The notes under the pieces were generated by a model. That model did no database searches. It saw only the letters and a list, made by a program, of their open reading frames with translations, and was not told the DNA's origin. A stretch of DNA of 64,000 bases from an archaeon. Lineage in GTDB: Archaea > Micrarchaeota > Micrarchaeia > Norongarragalinales > UBA97. The stretch is taken from assembly GCA_020057405.1 (NCBI GenBank), contig JAGVFW010000013.1, positions 87,711 through 151,710 of the forward strand, in the 5' to 3' direction. Below are positions 28,342 through 36,800 of this stretch, piece after piece; positions within the stretch are counted from its first letter, which is position 1, and every line of letters starts with the position of its first letter. The position numbers and the translations under genes were made by a program.

Positions 28342-29079
28342 ATGTATTACCTTGCGGTACATGTTGTTATGGGAAAAAAAGAGGGCCTAGACCTAGTTTG
28401 GTCGGGCGCGACATCGGGTGCTTACGCAGCGTGCTTTGGTAAGTGGCGAAAGGTGACCGAAGTCTATGGCATGCTCTACGGCAAGGAAGGTCAAGCCTAC
28501 AATACCGGCCGCGTGTCTGTAGCAATCAAGCAGCTGGCCAAGGCGGGGTTTCTCAAGGCCGCCAAGCACCCCAGCACAACCTGGCGGCTCTACACTTCGA
28601 CACTTGAGCCCCTCTTCACCGAAGCGGAGCTTTACGGCGTCGAATTCGACGACAAGCAAAAGCAATTCATTGAAGCTTACCTTGGATGCGCTGCCGGAAA
28701 GCCCATTGGCGCGCTTATAACTCCCCGAATTGCCTTTGTCAAGAAAGCGCCCTTCCCTGCAATGGAGCGGATGCGCGCCGAACTCTCGGCCCTCGTGTCG
28801 CTTGCCCTAGTCCACTTGTTTTTCAAGCAGCTAGAGGGCTATAAAATCCAGGCCTACGTCGAAGCACTATCCGAAACCCTTGGGAAGGAAGGCAAGGACG
28901 TAAAGCCGCTAAGTGCGTCTCCCGCAAGCGACGTGGCCGCCCGCCTTGCCCTGGAGGCCAAGGAAGAGCTGGCCAAGGCCGGGGGCAAGCCCGAGGGAAC
29001 CGCCCTTTTCCGCCTCATCAAGTACCTTTACCCCGGCGCCTACGTCGAGCTCCTAGAGCTTGGCCGCCAGGCGGTTTGA
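28342..29079 (+). CDS. hypothetical protein with an N-terminal winged helix
   Basis: VSVAIKQLAKAGFL…WRLYTS pattern. Confidence 0.6.
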   Translation: MYYLAVHVVMGKKEGLDLVWSGATSGAYAACFGKWRKVTEVYGMLYGKEGQAYNTGRVSVAIKQLAKAGFLKAAKHPSTTWRLYTSTLEPLFTEAELYGVEFDDKQKQFIEAYLGCAAGKPIGALITPRIAFVKKAPFPAMERMRAELSALVSLALVHLFFKQLEGYKIQAYVEALSETLGKEGKDVKPLSASPASDVAARLALEAKEELAKAGGKPEGTALFRLIKYLYPGAYVELLELGRQAV

Positions 29080-29146
29080 AAAAGCTTATTACCCAGTTCC
29101 GACCCAATAAGTAGTGCTAGTTTTCGTGTTTAGTGAGGTAAAATAG

Positions 29147-29635
29147 ATGATGAACCAAGGCGGCGTCAGGCCGCTTAACAAGCGTTGGCTGACTTCATTT
29201 AGGAAGGAAAAGAAACTCGAAGACTACCTCCTAGTGGGCGAGCCGCTCGTCCAGTGGCTGACGCAAAAAGGCGAGTGGCGCAAGCTTCTAGTCCGCTGCA
29301 CCGCAATCGAGTGCCTCGCAGTGTTCAAGCACGCGCGCCTCAAGCGGAGGCTCAACGTCGTCATCCGCGGCAAGGGCGGAGAGTTCAACAACTTCACCGA
29401 ATCGCTAGGCGAGCTTGTCTTCCTTACCGACCGCCTCGGCGCTGCCGACTACGCGGCACTGGCGTTTCCCGTCAGCATGAAGACGCTCATCGTCAGCCAG
29501 GCGCAGAACATGCCCGCGAACTGGAAGAAACTCGGCAAGACTTTTAACGCAACTCACGTCTTCTTCGTCTCCGAAACCCAGCCCACCGCGGTTGAGGAAA
29601 TCTCGTGGGACGGCGTCCTCAAGCAAAAAGTCTGA
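29147..29635 (+). CDS. hypothetical protein
   Basis: GAGGT RBS upstream; coding-like codon usage. Confidence 0.65.
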   Translation: MMNQGGVRPLNKRWLTSFRKEKKLEDYLLVGEPLVQWLTQKGEWRKLLVRCTAIECLAVFKHARLKRRLNVVIRGKGGEFNNFTESLGELVFLTDRLGAADYAALAFPVSMKTLIVSQAQNMPANWKKLGKTFNATHVFFVSETQPTAVEEISWDGVLKQKV

Positions 29636-29640
29636 AGTTC

Positions 29641-30303
29641 ATGGACTCGCTTAAAGTCCGCGACGCCAAGATAACGTGGCTCGGTCACGCGACCTTCACC
29701 GTTGACTGGCAAGGGGGCCGCGCGTGCTTCGATCCCTTTCTATTGCCCCCCTCTGCCCCAAAGGCAGCTTGCGACCTCGTGCTTGTCACGCACGAGCACT
29801 TCGACCACTGCAACCCAGAAAAGCTGGCGCGCGTTAGCAACGCGAGCACGACCGTAGTTTGCGGGCCCAACTGCGCAGCCAAATTCTCGCAACTGAACCT
29901 GAAGACAACCGAGCTTACCGCGGGCCAGTCGGCAACCGTAGCCGGAGTGAAAATCATAGCAGTGCCCGCCTACAACGTGGCAAAGCCGTTCCATCCCCGC
30001 GGCCTCGGTGTTGGATTCGTCGCCGACTTTGGTGGGGTGAAAATCTACCATGCCGGTGACACCGACCACATTCCGGAAATGAAATCATTTGCGGCAATGA
30101 AAATAGACGTGGCGCTCTTGCCAATCGGCGGTCACTACACTATGGACTCGGAGGAAGCCGCCCGCGCCGCAAACGACATTGCCCCCGCTTTCGTCGTGCC
30201 AATGCACTACGGCACGATGCCCGAAATCAAGGGCGATGTCAAGGCATTCGCTGCCCTTGTCGAAAAGAAAACAAAAGTAGTGGAGCTAGAGCCGCTAAAG
30301 TAA
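29641..30303 (+). CDS. MBL-fold metallo-hydrolase
   Basis: WLGHA, THEHFDH, YHAGDT, LPIGG, PMHYG. Confidence 0.93.
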   Translation: MDSLKVRDAKITWLGHATFTVDWQGGRACFDPFLLPPSAPKAACDLVLVTHEHFDHCNPEKLARVSNASTTVVCGPNCAAKFSQLNLKTTELTAGQSATVAGVKIIAVPAYNVAKPFHPRGLGVGFVADFGGVKIYHAGDTDHIPEMKSFAAMKIDVALLPIGGHYTMDSEEAARAANDIAPAFVVPMHYGTMPEIKGDVKAFAALVEKKTKVVELEPLK

Positions 30304-30331
30304 AAACCGCGGGAAACGAAGGCCCGCGGCC

Positions 30332-30790
30332 TTAGCGCTTTCGTTTAAGCTTCTTTTTCACGCTCTTCTTGGCCGCGTGCTTTCTCACACGGGCCTTGAG
30401 GCGCGCCTCAGCTTTGGAACCCGTCAGCTTCACGGGCTTTCTCCGGCCCGCGGCCCCCCGTTTTGCAGCGTGCTTTACCGAACCTGTCACGCGCTCGATT
30501 GCCTCAATCAAGCGGCCGATGAGGTTCCCTCGCGTAGGTTCCCTGTCGACTGGCGTCATGTCGCGCCCGTGGTGCTTTGGCTGCGCCCCGTGGCTGGCTG
30601 TGATTCGCTTCCCGCACTTACGGCACACGAATTCGAGTGTGGCCCCGCGCCTGTCACCGACCGTGGCGGCAGTGTTCTCGCCCCCATCGTCATCGTATTC
30701 CTTAGGGTTCATGCGCTCGTCGAGGTCATCCGCCTCGTGCACCTCGCGCGCCTCTTCTTCAGCAATAGCTTCCTTCAAGTCCCGTGCCAT
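30332..30790 (-). CDS. hypothetical protein: acidic N-terminus, CxxC…HH metal site, basic tail
   Basis: FVCRKCG…PKHHGRDM; GGTGA RBS. Confidence 0.7.
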   Translation of the reverse strand: MARDLKEAIAEEEAREVHEADDLDERMNPKEYDDDGGENTAATVGDRRGATLEFVCRKCGKRITASHGAQPKHHGRDMTPVDREPTRGNLIGRLIEAIERVTGSVKHAAKRGAAGRRKPVKLTGSKAEARLKARVRKHAAKKSVKKKLKRKR

Positions 30791-30901
30791 TTCTCATCAC
30801 CTGCTTATGTTATAGTGCAACGTAGTGGTGAAATAAAAAAGAGAAGCAAGGGCGGAAAACAAAAAGAAGAAGGAATTGGGGCGTTTGCCCCGTTTCCGAA
30901 C

Positions 30902-31063
30902 TTAGGGCTTCTTCATCAAGTTCTTGCGCTTTACGAATGCCCAGAGCTTCTTGGTCATTTCGCTTGGCGCGATTGGACTCGTGCCGAAGACTTCGCCGAC
31001 TGTAGTGTCCTTGACACTTGCGAAGCCGACGGTAATGCCGCCGAATGGTTTCTTAACTACCAT
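30902..31063 (-). CDS. 53-aa SWIB/MDM2-like microprotein (not in the ORF track)
   Basis: Manual translation MVVKKPFGGITVGFASVKDTTVGEVFGTSPIAPSEMTKKLWAFVKRKNLMKKP*; AGGTGA RBS. Confidence 0.75.
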   Translation of the reverse strand: MVVKKPFGGITVGFASVKDTTVGEVFGTSPIAPSEMTKKLWAFVKRKNLMKKP

Positions 31064-31218
31064 TTACATCACCTATTTTTTAATTGGATCCCGTCGAAGC
31101 AACGCGCGTCGCCCCTTCCCCGGAAAACCAAAATCCTTACCCCCCCTCCCTTTAAATAGGTAGTGTTTTTCTCCCTCGCAAAAAACAGTTTAAACACTTT
31201 GCCCGCGTAACGCATTTC

Positions 31219-32736
31219 ATGCCCCGGCGCATACCTGCGACAATGGCAACCCAGCATCCCGACAACGCCGCGGCGCCCGCGTGGCTTGCCGCAAGCGATG
31301 GCTTCATCGACACGCGCCACGAAATCGAGGAGTGCCACCGTTCGTTTGCCGAGTTAGGCTGCACGGAATACATGTGGGACTGGGAAGGCAAGCACGTCGA
31401 CGAGGCCGTAATCGAGCGTCTGCTTGAAAAGCACCATGCCTTCTTTTCACGCCACCAGCTTGGCAAAGACCTTTTCCTGACTTACCGGCTGCCAAACGTC
31501 TGGGTCGAGAAGGGCTACCGCATCGCAAGGGCCTTTGCTTCAATCATCAGCGCCAATGACGTGGCCCGCGAGGTAAAACTCCAATGCCCGCCTGTCTTCG
31601 AATGCATTTTGCCCCTGACGACTACTGGCGCTCAGCCTTACCTCGTGCGCCGCCAGTACGCCGCCATCGCAAAAGCCTTTGGCGGCGAGGAAATCTCAAA
31701 AGCGTTTGCACTAGAGAAAGTCGGCCCCGCCGACGTCCGCGTCATTCCGCTCATCGAGCATCCCGATAACCTGATTGGGGCAGACGAGATCCTCTCCGAC
31801 TACGCCAAGGCCTGCGAGCAAGCGCACTTTCCACTCGATTACCTGCGCGTGTTCATTGCCCGAAGCGACCCCGCGCTCAACATGGGCCTATCTTCGGCTG
31901 TAATCGCCTCAAAGGCGGCGCTTTCCCGCTGCGCCGAGTTTGAAGAAGAGTCGGGCATTCCAGTCCACCCGATGATCGGCGTCGGTTGCCTGCCTTTCCG
32001 CGGCGGTCTCTCGCCGGAAACGGCAACCGCGTTTGCGAAAATGCACGAAGGAACGCACACTTACTCCATCCAGTCGGCCTTCCGCTACGATTATCCCCAA
32101 GCGCAAGTCAAAAAGGCAATTCGGGTGCTAAACGGCCGTCGGCGCAGCCGCTCGCCTGACAGTTTCGACTACCGAAAGCTAGCCAAGCTCTCCAACATCT
32201 TCAGCAAGCACTACCAGCACGTCATCGCGGGTGCGGCAACCACCATCAACAAGGCCGCGGCGTTCACTCCCGGCCGCCGCGAGCGCAAGCTGCACATAGG
32301 CCTCTTCGGTTATTCGCGCAAAGTCGGTACAAATGCCCTCCCGCGCGCAATAGGCTTTACTTGCGCCGCATATTCGCTTGGCGTTCCCCCCGAACTTTTC
32401 GGAACCGGCCGAGGCATTGCCGAGGCAAGGAAGGCGGGGTTGGGCGAGGAGCTCGAGGCATTCTGGCCGCTTTTGCACTCCAACATCCGCTCGGCAGGCT
32501 ACTACCTCAACAAGGAGAACCTCGCGATGCTTTCAGCCGGCAATTCCGCGTGGAAGGGAGTCCAGCAGGACGTGCGGTTCCTTGAGGAGTTCATCGGCGA
32601 GCCGCTCGGCCCCCTTGACGAAGACCACTTCGTCCACCGAAACCTCACGAGCAACATCCTGCTGCTATTGCGCAAGGGCCGCGACTGCAAGGAAGACGTC
32701 GTGAGAGCGGCCAAAGTCAGAAGAAGCGTCGGATAG
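31219..32736 (+). CDS. ppcA: archaeal-type phosphoenolpyruvate carboxylase
   Basis: MATQHPDN, YMWDWEGK, ARSDPALN, LPFRGG, QSAFRYD, LPRAIGF. Confidence 0.96.
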   Translation: MPRRIPATMATQHPDNAAAPAWLAASDGFIDTRHEIEECHRSFAELGCTEYMWDWEGKHVDEAVIERLLEKHHAFFSRHQLGKDLFLTYRLPNVWVEKGYRIARAFASIISANDVAREVKLQCPPVFECILPLTTTGAQPYLVRRQYAAIAKAFGGEEISKAFALEKVGPADVRVIPLIEHPDNLIGADEILSDYAKACEQAHFPLDYLRVFIARSDPALNMGLSSAVIASKAALSRCAEFEEESGIPVHPMIGVGCLPFRGGLSPETATAFAKMHEGTHTYSIQSAFRYDYPQAQVKKAIRVLNGRRRSRSPDSFDYRKLAKLSNIFSKHYQHVIAGAATTINKAAAFTPGRRERKLHIGLFGYSRKVGTNALPRAIGFTCAAYSLGVPPELFGTGRGIAEARKAGLGEELEAFWPLLHSNIRSAGYYLNKENLAMLSAGNSAWKGVQQDVRFLEEFIGEPLGPLDEDHFVHRNLTSNILLLLRKGRDCKEDVVRAAKVRRSVG

Positions 32737-32760
32737 CGTGTTCCGCCTGCCGTTTTTGTT

Positions 32761-32842
32761 TGTAGTGCCTAACTTGGCGTGCGCTGATTGGCCTGTAGTG
32801 CCTAACTGTGTTAGCCGGGCTTGCCGTTTGTAGTGCCTAACT
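32761..32842. repeat. three direct copies of TGTAGTGCCTAACT (starts 32761, 32794, 32829)
   Basis: Exact 14-mers with unrelated 19- and 21-nt spacers, between convergent ppcA and minD. Confidence 0.9.
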
Positions 32843-32853
32843 TTATTTGGCCC

Positions 32854-33789
32854 TTAGCGGTCAAATCCCATCATTTCGTCAAACCGCTCGTCCGCGCCCT
32901 TTAGACCGCGCCAGAGTTTTTCGTGGAACTTTAGTTTTTTTGGCGTTTCCTCGAACTCTCCGCACACTTTGGCAGCCAAGTCGATTAGTTCCTTGCCCGC
33001 GGGGCTCTTTGGCTTTGAGATTACGACGGGGATTTCCGCGGCAAGGCTGCGGTGCACTTCGACGTCGGTGGGCACTTTGGAAATCACCTTTAGCTGTGAT
33101 AGCTTCTCGACTTCGTCGACCGACATCTGGTGTTCCTTTCCGTCAAACATGTTTAGCACGATGCCCAGGTGCACCTTGTCTTCGCCTTGCAGGGCCTGCC
33201 GGTAGCGCACGATGTCGATTACCGATGGCATGGTTGGTATTGAGACGTAAAGGAGCTTTTCGGCAGCGAACAGGGTGGCAAACGCTTCCCGTCCCAGGCC
33301 CGGGCCGGCGTCAAGCACGACGTAGTCATATGAGAGTGCGAGCTGCTTGGCGATTTTCTTGATTTGGGAAACGTCGACGGCCTGGATGTTGGTCGCCTTC
33401 ATTGACGCCGGCAGCACGGTCATGCCGCTTGGCTCGTGCTTGTATAGCGCTTCGGTGAGCTTGGCTTTCCCGCGCAGCACGTCGTTTAGCGTGTGCGGCG
33501 CGTAATGCATGCCGAGGGCCACACCTAGGTGCGACGTGCCGATGTTGCAGTCAATGACGACTACTTTTTTTCCAAACTCGTGCGCGAGGGCAGCGGCGAG
33601 GTTGATTGACACCGTAGTTTTGCCTACCCCGCCCTTGCCGGAGACTACGCCGATGAGTTCGCCCGGAGGCCTGGGCCCGGTTTTCTTCCCTTCTTTTTTT
33701 TCCTCTAGCGTCTTTTTTTCCTCTGGGGGTTTGGCATTTTTTCTCTCTTCCGCCTTCTTATCTTCTTTTCCGCTTTCCTTTGCGCCCAT
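32854..33789 (-). CDS. minD: MinD/ParA-family ATPase
   Basis: Deviant Walker A SGKGGVGKTT, VIDCN, LDAGPG; Lys/Glu-rich N-terminal extension. Confidence 0.9.
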   Translation of the reverse strand: MGAKESGKEDKKAEERKNAKPPEEKKTLEEKKEGKKTGPRPPGELIGVVSGKGGVGKTTVSINLAAALAHEFGKKVVVIDCNIGTSHLGVALGMHYAPHTLNDVLRGKAKLTEALYKHEPSGMTVLPASMKATNIQAVDVSQIKKIAKQLALSYDYVVLDAGPGLGREAFATLFAAEKLLYVSIPTMPSVIDIVRYRQALQGEDKVHLGIVLNMFDGKEHQMSVDEVEKLSQLKVISKVPTDVEVHRSLAAEIPVVISKPKSPAGKELIDLAAKVCGEFEETPKKLKFHEKLWRGLKGADERFDEMMGFDR

Positions 33790-33802
33790 TTAGTTCACGG
33801 CA

Positions 33803-36800
33803 TTACTTTTGTTGGTTTAGTAGGTCCCGCACTTTCTTTAGCCGCGCGTCATTGCGCCTGCGCAGCTCGTCGTATGCCGCGCGTGATATTGAGCCTTGGC
33901 GCAGCTCTTCCTCGAGGAGGCTTATTGCGCGGGAAATGCGTTCCTCTTCCTCTTGGAGGTCTTCCTTCGACTTGACTGAGACGACCTCAACCACTTTTTC
34001 CGTCGTCTTGGCGGCTTGTGGCAGCGCCCTCTCTATTTGCTGGCGCCGCCTGTAGATGTAAATGCCCGCGGCGGTGGCCAGTATTGTAAAGCCGATTATC
34101 GCAAGCACGGTAAGCGGGGCGATGCCTTGCTCTGCGCTTGGCGCCTGGAAGCCTGCCGCAATCAAAAGTCCGGCTGCCTTTGAGACAAGCACTTCCGCAA
34201 TGCGCACGTTGCCAAGCGCGTCATCGACGAGGCCGTCCTGCAGGCCGGACTTTGCAAGTTCGGTGTAGTTCTTGGCTTCCTCAAGCGTCTTCCACACTGC
34301 GTCAACGTTCTTGCCCAAAAGCTGCGCGCTGCGCGCGTCTTTAGTAATCTGCGCTATCTTTTCGTCAAGCCGCCGGACCTCGTACTCTATGAGTGCGGCC
34401 CGCGATTCGAAGATCGCTATCTGCGAGGTTTTGTCGGCTTTCTTCTCGTCTGCGAGGGCGATGAAGCGGATTGGCCGCACGCCTGCCGGTGCGGAGAAGG
34501 GCACGCTGATGTGTACTAGGAAGTCCTCCTGGTCGCCGCTAGCGAGCACGTTGAGTTTAGCGGGCTGGACTTCGACCCAGCTTGATGGAATGCCGGAAAC
34601 GACGAGCTGCAGGTTGTGGAGTGCCATGAGCCCGGTGTTGCGTACCGTGACTTTCGGGAACTTCGTGTCTCCCTTCTCGACCAAAATCTCGTTGGGATAG
34701 TCTATTATCTCGATTGCCGAGTAGGGTGGCGGCGTGGCAACCGGCAGGAGGATTCCTGGCGTTGGAGTCACTACTTCTCCACCTCCCCCTCCGCCCCCGC
34801 CTACGCTGCCGCTAGAGGTGGCGGCCCTGACTTGGAAGCTCTTCTCGCCTTCAAGGGGCGGCTTTTGCAGGTCGTAAGTGACGCGCACGTGCACCGTGTA
34901 CGGGCCAAGGGGCTGGTTGCTGAAGATAAACGCGCTTCTTGGAAAAGTTTTTAGCCCTTGTGACGGCACGAACAAGAGTTCGCTTGCCGAGAACCATGTG
35001 CGGGTGCCGTCTGAAACCCAATAGTCGACGGTCACGTCCTGTGACACGTCTCCCATGTTCTGCAGCGTGAGCGTAAAGTCGAGGTACTGGCCGGGCGAGA
35101 CTTCGGGGTTCGGAATTGCGATGATTACGTCGAACGGGCCGCCCGATGAAACGCGGAAGTCCTTGTTCGTTATAGTGCTGCGGTTGTTGGCAGTCGCGTT
35201 TAGCATCGCAGTATACCCGCCGATTGCGGTGTTTGAGGGCATGGTGTAGCTAAAGAGGTAGAGGCCGGTGTCCCGATGGGTGAAGTTGGGTAAAAACACG
35301 GTGAGATAGATGTTGCGGTCATTATCCAAGATTGTCAGGTTCATTGCAGTCGCGTCAATGGGCCCCCCTTGCGAGTCCGTCAACGCAATCGCGAAGGTCA
35401 TCGTGTTGTCCGGATACCACACTACGTCTGTCTCAAGTTCGGCGTGCAGGCTCGCGCTGATTGTGAACAGGTCGAACGCTTTTGTAAACGCGCTGCCATA
35501 AGTCGCGTTCACTTGCGCGAAGTAATTGCCCGTAGGTGTGTTTTGGGAAAGCGTGTAGGAATAGCTGTAGACGCCGGTGGACACGATGGTCAGGGCGCTC
35601 GTTTGTACGCTAAAGAGCGTCTGCCCGCCTGTGCTGTACGCCGTTAGGTTAAGTGAGTCAGCCGGCACGAACGTGCCGTTTGCGGCCTTCACCGTAATTA
35701 AGAAAGTCGCGTTGTCCCCCGGGCTCCATACTTCGATGGTGTTGACGTCGGCAACCACGCCGCTTGACCCACTCGAGCCGTTTACGACTTGGAAGCTATA
35801 GTTCTTTGATTCGACAAATGTGGTGTTGGAGACTGTGTCGTAGTAGCTTACGTTTGCAGACAAGGTGAACGTTCCGGGCGCCTGATCGTTTGATATCGTA
35901 AATTGTGGCAGCGGCTCGATTGGCGAGTTTGCGCTTACGTAGTTTTGTATGAATATGACGACCGAGTTGTTGTTCCGCACAGAAATGGTCACATTCGACG
36001 GAGCGAGTGGTTCGCGTCCAGTGCCCCTTGCGGCAAAGTAAATGGATGCCACCTCGCCGACGCTGTAGGTATCCTTTAGCGTGAAGAGGTCCGAGCTAAG
36101 GTTTGCAAAAATCGTGAAGTTGGCGGCCGCCGAGCCGTTTGACCCCACGTTGTCAAGGCTGAGTGCAAGGGCGGTGTAAGTGCCGCTAAGCTGGGTTCCG
36201 GAGTAGTTGCCGTACCACCTGCTGACATTCGTCGGCCCACCCGTCACGATGTCGACAAACGACAGGTTAATCACGACGACCGTGCCGTTCGGCATTGTGA
36301 TGTTCGCCACGGCATTCGCGATTCCTACGAGGTTGTCGTCACTCACGTTCAATCCGATAGTGACGTTGTTGCCCGCCTGCGTGAAGTTCGGGACTACCGT
36401 GACGTTGCTTGTGATGCTGCTAAAGGTAGTAAGGGCCACGACGACGGTCCTAGTGTTCGGCGTGCCTGCTGGCGTGGTGTTGATTACATAGGTCGAGTTG
36501 CGGTTGATTTTAGGCACGCCGCTCACGTTGTAGGTAAAGGCCAGGTCAAACGAAGTCTGCTTGTCGAGGCTGAATGTGGCGTTAGTGGCGTTGGTGAAGT
36601 TGACGCCAGCTGGAGTTACTGTGAAGTTGATTTGCGTGTTGCCCGTGTTGTTGATTTGCACGACGCAGGCAACGCCGATGTCTGGTGATTCGAACTTTAC
36701 GCATTCGGTTTGGTTCAGTATCCACGTGAGGTTGGCCGGCACCGTAATCGAGAGCGAGAGGTTGCGGTTGCCGCCTTGCGAGCTGTTGATGTAGATTGAG

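Noticed and set aside
32761-32842. Possible mini-CRISPR array
   Set aside because: Repeats are only 14 bp with 19-21 nt spacers, there are no cas genes, and the same motif occurs singly elsewhere, including inside genes.
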